The notes under the pieces: model-generated
Seen by the model: the letters and a program-made list of their open reading frames with translations, nothing else
The model's database searches: none
Told to the model about the DNA's origin: nothing
NCBI GenBank assembly: GCA_043819555.1
Contig: JBDREQ010000039.1
Span: forward strand, 37,828-101,827
Direction of reading: 5' to 3'
Length of the DNA: 64,000 nucleotides
Origin: Candidatus Zixiibacteriota bacterium
GTDB lineage: Bacteria; Zixibacteria; MSB-5A5; GN15; JAAZOE01
Shown here: one piece after another, positions 30,301-40,700 of the stretch
Position numbering within the stretch: position 1 is the stretch's first letter
Layout: every line of letters starts with the position of its first letter
Program-made: the position numbers and the translations under genes

Positions 30301-32014
30301 ATTCCAAAGTTGTTCCAGCCGGCATCGATGCATAGAGGGTAAATTCATCAAGTTCGACCTCGGAAGGAATATTAATGCTCAGGGCGAGACATATAATAAC
30401 GCTTAGAAAAAATACCGTCGTTCCGATTAAGATAGTCCGAGCTGGAAAACGCAAACATGATTTTAATAACAGAGTGTAGATTTGCATCTGCCGATTAGCC
30501 AGCGACATTCTTGTGAATATGGATTTTTGTGTTTCCCTTTTATTTTTCAGGATACGATAAGTAAATGACGGAATAAGCAAAAAGGCGACCGCCAGGGACA
30601 CTAAAAGAGTCGAAATAATCGACACCCCGACATGCTTCCCGATCGTACGAATCAGGAAATTATCAGAAAATATAAATGGCAGAAAAATGCAAACCGTAGT
30701 CAATGTCGCGGCAGTCACCGCACGCAAAACCTCCTTGGTTCCGATTAACACCGAATCAAATGCTGATTTACCATGAGCGGCATGACGATAGATATTTTCC
30801 ATGACAACGATGCTATTGTCAAGAAGCATTCCAAGGGCGATAGCCAGACCGACCAGAGTTAGAGTATTTATGGATATGTTGAAAGCATAGAAAAAATTCA
30901 TCGCGATCATTACCGAAATGGGAATGGCAAGTGCCACTACTAATACCAGGGGAACATTTCGAAGAAATATCCATAATACGACAATGGCCAGGATGCCGCC
31001 AACGAGGGCCAGCAATTTAATTATCTCGATGTTTTGTTCTATAGGTTCGGCCGCATCGATCTGAATCGCCAATATAATTCCGTCAGATTTCAGGCGGTCA
31101 TTTAATAGTTCGATAACATCGCGGGTTTCTCGTGAAAGACTAAGCAGATTGGTCTGCTGGTCACGAACGAGAGTGATGGAAATCGCTTCCATTCCATTAA
31201 TGCGCGAGATTGATTCTTCTTCCGCGCCGCCATCAATAATCGTACCCAGATGTTTTAGTAAAACAGGGCCCTGTTCTTTGATAATCAGGTTTTCGAGATT
31301 ATTAATCGAATTATAATCGGCATCAAGATTTACATAGAATTCTCGATTGCCTTCAACTACCTGCCCCAAATATTGACGCCCGGATGAGCCCTCCGAAATT
31401 TTTGATGAAATTTGAGAAGCGGTAAGATTATGAGAGCGCAACGCGTTTTCATCGAGGCGTATCTCGATTGAACGTTTTCTTCCGCCATAGACTTCTATAT
31501 TGGCAATGCCGTCAATCTGCTCAAATTCAGTGATAACTTTACTATCAACAATTTCCCGGATTTGATCAAGACTGCCTTCCCCCCGTGCCTGAAGGGTCAT
31601 GAACATATTAGCCAATTGCTCGGTATCGACTTTCCAAACCCGGGCAAAGAAACCGGCCGGCAGTGCGCCTGAAGCGGATTCAACTCTCTCCTGCAATTTC
31701 AGATAGGCGTATTTGTAATTGGTATCTTCGGTATAATAGACAATAATCGTCGCCCGTGAACGATCTATGTACGATTCAATTTTCTCAATATCCGCCAGTC
31801 CGGCAATGGCGTTTTCAAGAGGAATAACGGCTTGCTGCTCGAGATAATGCGGATCGGCATCTCGGGCGCCGCCAACCTGGACGATTAGCATGGGAAGTTC
31901 GGCAAAAGGAATAAGTTCAACCGGCAGGCGATTATATGAGATAACGCCTAAGAGGCAAAACCCGATTATTAACATTGCCGTGAAGACCGGCCGCTTTATA
32001 ATAAATGCGATCAT
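27302..32014 (-). CDS. AcrB-family RND permease fused to a C-terminal ABC ATPase
   Basis: About 1030 aa RND (GMLLDNSIVVMEN, RVRPILIT), extra TMs, then NBD with GPNGAGKTT, YLPQ, FSGGMKQR, LVVDEPT, STH; one uninterrupted 1570-aa ORF. Confidence 0.93.
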   Translation of the reverse strand: MIAFIIKRPVFTAMLIIGFCLLGVISYNRLPVELIPFAELPMLIVQVGGARDADPHYLEQQAVIPLENAIAGLADIEKIESYIDRSRATIIVYYTEDTNYKYAYLKLQERVESASGALPAGFFARVWKVDTEQLANMFMTLQARGEGSLDQIREIVDSKVITEFEQIDGIANIEVYGGRKRSIEIRLDENALRSHNLTASQISSKISEGSSGRQYLGQVVEGNREFYVNLDADYNSINNLENLIIKEQGPVLLKHLGTIIDGGAEEESISRINGMEAISITLVRDQQTNLLSLSRETRDVIELLNDRLKSDGIILAIQIDAAEPIEQNIEIIKLLALVGGILAIVVLWIFLRNVPLVLVVALAIPISVMIAMNFFYAFNISINTLTLVGLAIALGMLLDNSIVVMENIYRHAAHGKSAFDSVLIGTKEVLRAVTAATLTTVCIFLPFIFSDNFLIRTIGKHVGVSIISTLLVSLAVAFLLIPSFTYRILKNKRETQKSIFTRMSLANRQMQIYTLLLKSCLRFPARTILIGTTVFFLSVIICLALSINIPSEVELDEFTLYASMPAGTTLESSDEQILDMDARLSEIPEVEERRANIEEEVSTITFQLVEDYKDIGDRDLSAIKADILEKLGGAYGRINFSYEQPVSNARYRGGGGAGGMGGAGRAFERLLGIGSSEERVVVKGQDMALLTSIADDILFNIENLSTVQRANLSVSQGQPGIDLMFDKSALSHFDVRTTSIMSELAGFQGEFSSGATLRQGTEEVSIILKSSDEEEIDKTSDDLRQVVVPSNSGGNIPLTQLAGIVYNNGYSSINRTNQEKIVEVIYRFEEEIEDSKQLLDGARAEIDQIVAAINLPPGVAVEAVHEETDLSDFYFLIFTGIILIYMILASIFESLLTPLVMMFTLPLATIGAFWGLILTNNSVYDANVLTGFLILLGVVVNNGIILMDYYRLLRRREYTPSRALLMAGQARVRPILITAITTILAMFPLAMGKAEYVAKIGAPFAITVIGGLVAGTLFTLIFIPTVAFGLENVVRWLRGLKWYLQVAQVAAAIAGFVAIYTYIDSFLWRAIDLCVIIIVVPGMTYFIKTSLRRSSAKLIPGDVPIKISIRNVVKLYGNYSRFMQEWRGGKRFRERKRFRGELPEPAGIISLIWQMPFVIFLFYFTYLYLESGFWETIFSIVFYAYAVYLTRPLLIPDDNSKIRMRLLRKLGFIVIFWFGPLINTLWLFIETNENATAIIIGVLWYLGILIYHTSRRLYRDRININRITGRFKKTRKIFYRFVKLIPIIGKKKTPFLALNQVSMEIGSGMFGLVGPNGAGKTTLMRIVCGILSNSFGKVTINDIDIDEKREELQALIGYLPQEFGTYETMTAYQFLDYQAILKGLLDNEERREIVERAINSVHLGDSKNTKIQAFSGGMKQRVGIAQTLLHLPRILVVDEPTAGLDPRERIRFRNLLSELSRDRIVIFSTHIIEDVSSSCNKLAVLGDGKVKFIGTPRDMVALTEGFVWQAHVTDAEFEKMRNAARIVHHTREGDNIRIRVLAETMPTPNAVQVTPTLEDSYLWLLGGKEN

Positions 32015-35000
32015 GTTGCCTTGTGCTCGGACTTCAGGTCTATGGTCGAAACTTTTCCGGCCAGCATATAATAGACCGCAGGTATTACGATCAGGGTCAA
32101 AGCGGTCGAAGTGAACAGTCCGCCAATAACGGCGATGGCCATCGGCGCCCGGAGCGATGCCCCTTCGCCAATACCGATCGTCAATGGCAATAGAGCAAGA
32201 ATTGTAGTAATACTGGTCATTATAATCGGCCGAATTCGAGTCTGCCCGGCGTTTGTAATGGCGGGAATGAGTTCCAATCCGCTGCGGCGGTTTTGATTGA
32301 TGCGATCTATTAAAATGATTGAGTCGTTGACGGCGATTCCGGCCAGCATGATTATCCCGATAAATGACATGACATTAAACGGCATATTAAGAATAAATAG
32401 AATGAATACCGCCCCGACTCCGGCCAGAGGAATCGTCAACAGTATAACAAAGGGATGAAGAAGCGATTCGAATTGAGATGCCATCACCATATAAACCAAA
32501 ATAATCGCAAGAAGAAGCGCAAATTTCAAATTTCCAAAAGCTTCCTGGCGCAATTGCTCTTCACCGGTCACAGCAATCGAATATTCCGGCGGGAGCGCAA
32601 TCGTGTTGAGCGATTCTTTTACTTTGACCGCGATTCTATCGAATGATATATCATTGGTGATATGCGCCGTTATACGGGCGATTCTGATTTGATTATTCCT
32701 GATAATTTCACGCGGGGAATAAGTCTGCTCAATATAGGCAATTTCATCAACGCGAACCCGGCGTCCTGAAGAAGTCTCCAAAAGCAAACCCTCAAGTTCT
32801 GAAAGGGTAATATCCGCGCGCAAAAGCTTAATATCCGTATATTCGCCCTGGTGATTTATCTGTCCGGCATCCCGCCCGCTGAGAGCGTCCTTCAGTTGCG
32901 AACCAATCGACTGGGGAGTAAGTCCAAATTCTGATGCCATTGTTCTATTTATCCGAAGATTTATCTCAGGGCGGCCTTCCTGAAAACTGGTTTCAACATT
33001 TTTAAGCTCAGAGATGGCCATAACTCTTTGCTGAACCGTGTCGGCCAGTTGTTCCAAAAGATCCAAATCCTGCCCCTTAATCTCAATGACAATCGGCTCC
33101 GATTCTGTACCGAGTGTTGAACGCAGAGCGGTTTGTTCTACAATTAAACGGGCCTCAATATCCGGCAATCCAGCCAAAATTTGATTAATACCCTCGATAA
33201 TTTTCTCTGATGAATTGGCTGCCTCCGGATTCAGAAGAATATGTATTATGGCATTATTTTCATCGGCCAAAGCATCAATTTCGAGATTGCCCGCTCCCCC
33301 GGGACCGACTCGGGAATAGATGTGGTTGATATTGTTTTTAAATTGTTCCTTCAGAATATTCTCAATATTTCTAACGGCGCCTTCGGTCCTCTCCAAGCTG
33401 GTTCCTTCAGGCAGGGCGAGATTAATCGAAAGTTCACCCTGGTTGGCATGAGGCATAAACTCACTGCCTGTGATAGGAATCAAAATGACAGCAATAATAA
33501 CCAGAACAAATCCGCCAGCAATGATTCGCACCCGCCGGGCAATAATTTTTTCCAGTAATCTGCCGTATCCCGGAAAAGTAATTGTATGTTTTACTGTATA
33601 AGTCTGCCGTTTTTTCAGAAGCCGCGAGCATAACATCGGAATAACCGCCAGAGCAACAAACAAAGACGATATAAGAGAATAGGCCACCGTCCAGGCCTGC
33701 TCCCGGAATAACTCTCCGGCAGCTCCATGCAAATATACAATCGGCAAAAAGACAATAATGGTTGTCAACGTCGAGCTTGTTATGGCGCCGCCAACTTCTC
33801 CAGCCCCATATATAGCCGCATCCTTTAACGATTTGCCATCCTCAAGATGCCTGAAAATATTTTCAACGACAACGATGGCGTTATCGACCAACATCCCCGC
33901 CCCAAGCGCAAGCCCTCCCAAGGTCATGATATTCAGCGAGAGATCATTGAAGTACATCAAATTGAAAGTCGCCACGATCGAAATGGGAATCGCAAAGCTG
34001 ATAACGGCGGTGATACCGATTCTTCTCAGGAAAACATAAAGAATAATGATGGCCAGTATAATTCCAATAATTCCGGTCTGCTCAACTTCGGTAACAGCCG
34101 CGCGAATAAAATGAGCCTGGTCCTGAATGATGGTTAATTCGTACCCCGGCAAAGCTGTACTGAGTTCCGCCAGTCGATCCAAAGCTGCCGCCGCGGCATC
34201 AATCGTGTTATAACGAGCCTCTTTGTAAACTTCAAGCGCCAGACATTTTTGCCCATTCAATCGCACAATGTTTTCAGGCTCATCAAGGCCAAATTCAATC
34301 GATGCCACCTCGCGCAAATAAATCGGTACCCGGTCGGCAGTATTTGCGGCTTGAGTACCCTCGGGAGATTTATAGGCGACAATTAAATTCTCAATATCGT
34401 CCTTATCATAGAACTCGCCGACGCCTCGGATAATATATCTTTTGCCCATTTCGACAATCGATCCCCCGGTCATATTGCGATTGGATGACATGATTTGCCC
34501 GGCCAGAAGATCAAGCGTAATTCCGTAGGCCTCAAGTGTGTAGGCATCAGTTTTGATTTCGACCGCGCGGCGTCTGCCGCCGATGATGTCAACTTCGGCC
34601 ACACCGGGAAGACGAATCAACTCGTTGGAAATATTATTTTCCGCCGTTTGCCTTAGTTTGTCCAAGTCTTTGAATTCGGGATGAGAAAAGATGGCCGTGA
34701 CAATCGGAACGGCATTGGGGTCATGCTGACTGACCGAAATTTCATCAACGTCCGAGGCTTGAGAATAATCGGCAACGGCCTTCTGTAAATCCAGAAAAGC
34801 CTCATCCATATCGGCATCCCAGGCGTATTCGATAGTAATTAACGCCCGTCCGACGCGGGATATTGAGGATACGTTTTGAACTTTGCGTCCGCGGGCGGCG
34901 ACCGCCTCAAGCTGAGATACGAATTGATCCTCAATTTCCTCGGGGGGCCTCTCCCCGGCGCTGATTTCCATGAATAGGCGGGGGCTGTTCAAATCGGGTA

Positions 35001-35112
35001 GTAAATCGACCCCGAGCCGGGTAAAAGAAATATACCCCAAAAGCAGGACAGCCAGAACCACCATCAAAATGGTCGTCGGATATTGAACTGAAAAACGTGC
35101 AAGTTTATACAT
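32011..35112 (-). CDS. AcrB/AcrD/AcrF-family RND permease
   Basis: GMLVDNAIVVVEN, RIRPIIMT, 12-TM layout, 1033 aa. Confidence 0.95.
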   Translation of the reverse strand: MYKLARFSVQYPTTILMVVLAVLLLGYISFTRLGVDLLPDLNSPRLFMEISAGERPPEEIEDQFVSQLEAVAARGRKVQNVSSISRVGRALITIEYAWDADMDEAFLDLQKAVADYSQASDVDEISVSQHDPNAVPIVTAIFSHPEFKDLDKLRQTAENNISNELIRLPGVAEVDIIGGRRRAVEIKTDAYTLEAYGITLDLLAGQIMSSNRNMTGGSIVEMGKRYIIRGVGEFYDKDDIENLIVAYKSPEGTQAANTADRVPIYLREVASIEFGLDEPENIVRLNGQKCLALEVYKEARYNTIDAAAAALDRLAELSTALPGYELTIIQDQAHFIRAAVTEVEQTGIIGIILAIIILYVFLRRIGITAVISFAIPISIVATFNLMYFNDLSLNIMTLGGLALGAGMLVDNAIVVVENIFRHLEDGKSLKDAAIYGAGEVGGAITSSTLTTIIVFLPIVYLHGAAGELFREQAWTVAYSLISSLFVALAVIPMLCSRLLKKRQTYTVKHTITFPGYGRLLEKIIARRVRIIAGGFVLVIIAVILIPITGSEFMPHANQGELSINLALPEGTSLERTEGAVRNIENILKEQFKNNINHIYSRVGPGGAGNLEIDALADENNAIIHILLNPEAANSSEKIIEGINQILAGLPDIEARLIVEQTALRSTLGTESEPIVIEIKGQDLDLLEQLADTVQQRVMAISELKNVETSFQEGRPEINLRINRTMASEFGLTPQSIGSQLKDALSGRDAGQINHQGEYTDIKLLRADITLSELEGLLLETSSGRRVRVDEIAYIEQTYSPREIIRNNQIRIARITAHITNDISFDRIAVKVKESLNTIALPPEYSIAVTGEEQLRQEAFGNLKFALLLAIILVYMVMASQFESLLHPFVILLTIPLAGVGAVFILFILNMPFNVMSFIGIIMLAGIAVNDSIILIDRINQNRRSGLELIPAITNAGQTRIRPIIMTSITTILALLPLTIGIGEGASLRAPMAIAVIGGLFTSTALTLIVIPAVYYMLAGKVSTIDLKSEHKAT

Positions 35113-35130
35113 TATTTGTGCGCCTGCAAT

Positions 35131-36189
35131 TTATTTAGTGATTTTTACCCGAGAACGATTACGCAAGGTTTCAAATCCCTCAACGACTAATCGATCTTTT
35201 TCTTTTAATCCATTTAATACTTCTATCTCTTCCCGATTGGACAGTCCCGTTTCCAAACGGCGTTCATTAGCAATTGATTTTTCGATAACATAAACAGTTT
35301 TGGATCCTCGCCGTTCAATGATAACATTTTTGGGTATAACCAGCGTCGAATCTCGTTCTCTAACTATTATATTGGCCTGAACGAACATCCCCGGCCGCAA
35401 AGTCAAATTCTTATTATCAATCTCAAGCAGGGCCTTAAACATTCTGCTGGTCGGATCCAGAACCGGTGAAACCTGCGTTACAACGCCGTAAGCGGTGTCT
35501 TCATCGCTGGCATAACTCGTTACTATGACTTTTTGATCTGGCATTACCGCACTCAATTCCTTGCTGGGTAATGTCACGTCCGCATAGAGTTTTGAATAAT
35601 CCATAATCTTCCCAAGAACGTTACCGGCGGTAACTAATGTGAACGGGCTGTAATAAGGCAAATCGACAATTAGTCCATCAAAAGCAGCCATTACATTCAT
35701 TTTTTGCAATTGAATTTTCGCGTTTTCGTAAGAGTATTCCGCATTAATATAGTTGCGTTCGGCGTTGGTTAATTCGGTTAAGGTTACACCGCCTTTATCA
35801 TATAAACTCTTTTGCTTATCGAAATCGCGTTTGGAAATCTCAAAATTTAGTTTCTGACCCTCAATTGCGATTTGGTTCTCCAATTCAGGATTGATCAATC
35901 TTATAATGGTATCGTACTGCTCAACATGATCGCCCATTGCAAATAACTTGCCCGTGCGAAGATTCTTTTGCAGGACATAGGCTCCTTGCTGAAGAGTCGT
36001 CAACTCTGCTTCGCTGACGGCCTTGACGGTTCCGGTCGCATAGGCGAATTCCTGAATCTTCCCGAATTTCACATCCTCAACCCTGACAGGAACCTGAGAT
36101 TCCACATCGATTTCCGGGCCCTCCGGTTCGCATCCGATAATCATGAGTATTAAAGCCGGGGCCAATGAGTATTTTAATATTCGTTTCAC
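35131..36189 (-). CDS. RND periplasmic adaptor (membrane fusion protein), lipoprotein
   Basis: Lipobox LMIIGC, alpha-hairpin, AAFDG, LRPGMFV, GLKEKDRLV. Confidence 0.92.
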   Translation of the reverse strand: MKRILKYSLAPALILMIIGCEPEGPEIDVESQVPVRVEDVKFGKIQEFAYATGTVKAVSEAELTTLQQGAYVLQKNLRTGKLFAMGDHVEQYDTIIRLINPELENQIAIEGQKLNFEISKRDFDKQKSLYDKGGVTLTELTNAERNYINAEYSYENAKIQLQKMNVMAAFDGLIVDLPYYSPFTLVTAGNVLGKIMDYSKLYADVTLPSKELSAVMPDQKVIVTSYASDEDTAYGVVTQVSPVLDPTSRMFKALLEIDNKNLTLRPGMFVQANIIVRERDSTLVIPKNVIIERRGSKTVYVIEKSIANERRLETGLSNREEIEVLNGLKEKDRLVVEGFETLRNRSRVKITK

Positions 36190-36199
36190 ATCTATTCTC

Positions 36200-37702
36200 C
36201 TATTGCAAAGCTATAACTGCCTGATTCCTGGAAAAATCCCACAGCGACCTGATTTTTAAATCCAATAAGGCTACTTGATAATTTATCAGGGCCGAGATTT
36301 CATTGAGCTGTTCTCGTGATAATTGGGTTTGATAGAATTCTATATCTTTGGAAGATAAATCTCCGTTACGATACCTTTCGAGATTTATCTCGTATGTCCG
36401 CCGCGCGTTTATCACATTCTTTTCGGCGATTTCGATTTGCGTTTTTTGGTTTAAGAGATTGCGGCAGGCCTGGCGGATCTGATATTTAACCTGCTTTTGT
36501 TCCTCATCGGCCGATATCCGCTCCTGTTCAACCCGTTTCCGGGACGATTCAATCTGATGCTTCTTCTTGCCCCAGTCAAATAAAGGAATATTAAGCTTTA
36601 TCTCTACCATTTGATTGCGAGTCGGCGATCGATAAATATCTCCGAATAGACTATCAGTGCCGACGATGCCATAGGTCAAATCCACACTGGCCAAAAATTC
36701 ATTTTCCGAACCGGCTCGAATCAAATCATCCAAAGCATATTGAATATCAATATCCCTCTGGCGCAATTCCATACGATTCTGGAGGCCATGGTTCATAGCC
36801 TGCATTAGATTAATATCAACCACGTTCTTTTCCACATTGGTCACAACCTGCAAATCGTCATCAAGAGACAACCCCAGAAGAATCTTGAAATTATCGAGAG
36901 AATTCTCAAATTGTATTTGGCTGTTTTCGAGCGAAGCCCGGCTATTAGCCTGAGTCAAATCAGCCTGAAATAATTCTTCCTCAGCCGATATACCCGCTTC
37001 TACTTTGCTTCTGATTATTTCATAGCTTTCGGTCGCATTGGCCAATTCTTCTTTAGATATTTCAACGCTTCTCTGCCTGAAATAAAGACTTAGAAATTCC
37101 TGCGTGACCTGGCGCTCAATCTGCAGACGTTGGATAGCGAAGTTCAATTGCGCGTTTTCCAGCGCCAACTCGAGTTCTTTAATCCGCATTTGTGTGCGAT
37201 TGTAGGTAAATAAAGGCTGGTTAAGACTTAAATAAAGCGAATTCCTATACGATTTGTCTTTTTCTGTGCCGACTAATGAACTTGACGATTCCCGCCAGTC
37301 GAAATCCTCTACGATTCGCAAAGTACCATCGGTCCATTTGATTGGTTGCAGGATTGAAAGGCTGGCCGCAGAACTGGTCTGTTCTATGGTATAGTATTCT
37401 GAAAAGCGATCATCAAAAACTCTGTCTTTTGAAAATCTAAAAGGAGTCACAGTTAAATTAAACTGGGATTTCAATGAAGCCTGCTGCGCCCATAGATTTC
37501 TCTCGCTCATCTCCAGATTCAAACGGGTATTTCGAATCGTGGGGCTGTTGGTCATAGCCATATCCAGAGCCTGCTCCAAAGTCATATCAATCGCCGCCAC
37601 CGGGCTGGATAATCCCAATTGAGATAAGATTGCTATCAGGAGAATAACCGTAATTTGATTAATCTTTTTGACAGAAATCCATGTTATCACTCTTTTCATC
37701 AT
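36200..37702 (-). CDS. TolC-family outer membrane efflux protein
   Basis: MTLEQALDMAM..NSP, LNQPLF, LNIPLFDWG, ERYRNG repeats. Confidence 0.92.
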   Translation of the reverse strand: MMKRVITWISVKKINQITVILLIAILSQLGLSSPVAAIDMTLEQALDMAMTNSPTIRNTRLNLEMSERNLWAQQASLKSQFNLTVTPFRFSKDRVFDDRFSEYYTIEQTSSAASLSILQPIKWTDGTLRIVEDFDWRESSSSLVGTEKDKSYRNSLYLSLNQPLFTYNRTQMRIKELELALENAQLNFAIQRLQIERQVTQEFLSLYFRQRSVEISKEELANATESYEIIRSKVEAGISAEEELFQADLTQANSRASLENSQIQFENSLDNFKILLGLSLDDDLQVVTNVEKNVVDINLMQAMNHGLQNRMELRQRDIDIQYALDDLIRAGSENEFLASVDLTYGIVGTDSLFGDIYRSPTRNQMVEIKLNIPLFDWGKKKHQIESSRKRVEQERISADEEQKQVKYQIRQACRNLLNQKTQIEIAEKNVINARRTYEINLERYRNGDLSSKDIEFYQTQLSREQLNEISALINYQVALLDLKIRSLWDFSRNQAVIALQ

Positions 37703-37740
37703 TTATTCTCCCATAACCTTCTTAAGGCGATATACTCAAA

Positions 37741-40700
37741 TTAGCGCTTGACCCATTTGATCGCGTCGGCGGTAACAACCTGAGTCCGGTTTTTATCGGT
37801 CATCTCAATTTTATTGGAACCGCTTGGCAGGCGAAATGTCCCCAAATAATTCCAGCCTTCTTCGGCGTCATCAAGGTCAAGAAGGATTTCCTCGACACCA
37901 TCCTCATGATATACAAAAAACTGCTTCTCGCCCATGTCCTGATTTCTATTCCCGCCCCGGTGTCTCCACCAGTTCTCATAGCTTTCATCCTCAAAATAAA
38001 AATAGACATCAAAATCACCGGATGCTTCCAGATTAATTTCCCAGGCAATTTTATTTTCTCCGGTGCCGGATTTCTTGTGCATGGCTGACTTAATGAATTT
38101 GCCGTGAAATTTCTGTCCTGTCGTCGGGAGCCAGACACCCGGCGCATCCCAGGAACGTATCCCGACATAGGGATCTTCAATCTCGCCAATGTCAAAATAT
38201 TCGCGTAGATTTCGCCTCAGCCAGTTTTCTGGAATAATACCTATAATAGTAAAGCCGGGGTCCTCGTTATCAACAAGATATTCTCCAGACGAATCATTTT
38301 TATTATCCGCGAAAGCCGCTAAGGAATCCATTTCAACCGGAGTTTCTTTGCGTCGCATCTGTTGATCTCGAAATTGATGGTTTAAAATTGCCGGAATATT
38401 CTGGGAAACATAAGTATCAATAGTCATTGAAGACGGGGGCTGGTCGATAATAAATCCAATCTCGCGCCGCTTTTGAGCTGGGACATAGTACATTTTTGAA
38501 TAATCGTATTGTTGCTGCATTCTCTCCCACCGGGGACCAAAATTCGCTTCCTGGCGCTGATAGCGCAGACTAATCTTTATCAGACCATCAACATCAGTAG
38601 GATTTGTAACCTTAAATTTCACCTGTGTTTTGGTTCGTTCATCATGAATGATATTATAGCTTTCTATATCTTCAAAAATATAACCGGCTAGAGCCGTATC
38701 TCCGTACCAGACATCTATATCGGATGCAAATTCCGGGCTTCCAACTCTCGAAGCGAAGGCCAATATTGTCGAATCTGTGATATTTTGAAAGCTGTTGGTC
38801 TTAATGAAATCGTTTATCTCGCCTGTAAATTCTTCGTTTCCCGATCTGGCTTCAAGAATAGAAATAAGGCTTAATCCTTTCGATTTTACAGCGGCCTGCA
38901 CCGTTTCGTCCTTTACCGCTGAAGTATTAATAATTTCCTTTAAGGGAAATTGCTTCAACGCCAGATTGGCTCGTTCCTGTTCCGTGAGGCCAGCGTCAAA
39001 CCACATCGAAATTTGTGGAGGAGGTTTTATGCGGCTTTCAAAATAAGACTCGAAGGCATAATTTAAAAACGGCCAATTTTCAGAATTAATATTCGTGACA
39101 TATGAAACAAAATTGGGCAGAATCTTGAAACGTATTTCGACATTCTCATGCCGAGTCAAACCCCGCATATCTTCATTGAACCCCATAAGATCAATTTTGG
39201 CAAAATAGCCTAAATAGGTGGCTTGAAGAACTTTGGGATCCTCCAATTGATTAGCCCGTTCCTGCGACCAGTTAGAGCTTCTCTCAAATCTCCTGAAATC
39301 ACATCCGGAATTGGCGGTACCCATTTCAGTTAAATACACAATTTGAGGTTGAACCGTTTCCTGAGCTATTGTCCAGTAGCGGTTATATGCATAAAATTGA
39401 ATCGGAGCTTCGACTAAACTGAATTTGTCATAGGGATATTCCAGTCCAAGGTTTACTTCATACTCATTTTTTAAATCAATTATGACCGTCCCAATAGTGT
39501 CACCCAACTCATTAAAATATTCTAAATAATAATCGTGGCCGGGGAATGTATATAAAGAATATTCTACATCCTCCGCGGTGAGGAAATGACGTTCATATTC
39601 TCCGATCGTTAACGACATTTGGGGAAGAAATTTCTCAGGAGCAAACGAGTATTCGATTTGACCGTTTTTCTCTATAGTTGAGACTTTCCCCTGAGAGATG
39701 GCTGTCAATCCGGGAGGAGCCGAGACGGTTAGACTAAATTTAGTAAATTCTCGGGCGGGCGAGTCAGGAAAGGCCGTTCCCGGCTGTAGCCCAGCATTGG
39801 GATACCATCCGCTTTCCGGAGTCAAATGCAGATACCTATCGGCCACGAAGGAATAGATTTTGGGAATTCGAAATATCCACAGGCTGTATTCGGATTCAAG
39901 TTTGTCATTGGGCAAATCGAGATAACAATAACGATCATCAATCGACCCCGAATACTCTATTATCATTGAAAGAGTATCGTTCATGGCGACAGGATTTTGA
40001 GGTTTAATCCAGATTAAAAACCTGTTCTGTGAAAACTCAATCACTTCTCCGGAAATTGATATTGAAGAAACTTTCAATCCCGGGTTTAGCGAAAATAACA
40101 ATGAATCAAGGCTGGATTCATTATTATTGACAACGCTCAAAGTTGAACGTCCCGATAAAACGCCGCCCTGCCAATCAATTTCAAGAGAATTTTCCAGAAT
40201 ATTAACGGTCGGTGTATTGGGAGCGCTTTGGGCCAGTGATTTCAGGTCTTGTCGGTAATCCCTATCCTGATAATTTGAATTCAGGTATGTCATCCCAAGT
40301 AAAACAGATGAGACTAAACAGACAATCGAAATCACGGAAGCGGCAACATTGGCAACTCTCGATTGTTTTAATCTTTTGGTCGTAAATACTGAAATGAAAA
40401 ACATCCCCAAACCGAGAATGAAATAGGCCCCTCTCAGCAGAAAAACATCGGACCAGTTGCCCAGGCCGACAAAGCCCGAGAATATAAGAGGCTGATATAA
40501 CATATAGGCATCAAAAATGAAATAAAAATGCCGTCCCAGATAAATCAGTGATAATAAAGAAAATCCAAGCATGGCAACAAAGACAACGGCCTGGCTGCGA
40601 AACAGCGTTACCAGTAAAACCGATCCCCCGATTACAAACGTCAGAGTCGGCAAACTTACCAAAAGAGGAAACCATAAATAAGGTTCCCATGCAAATGCTG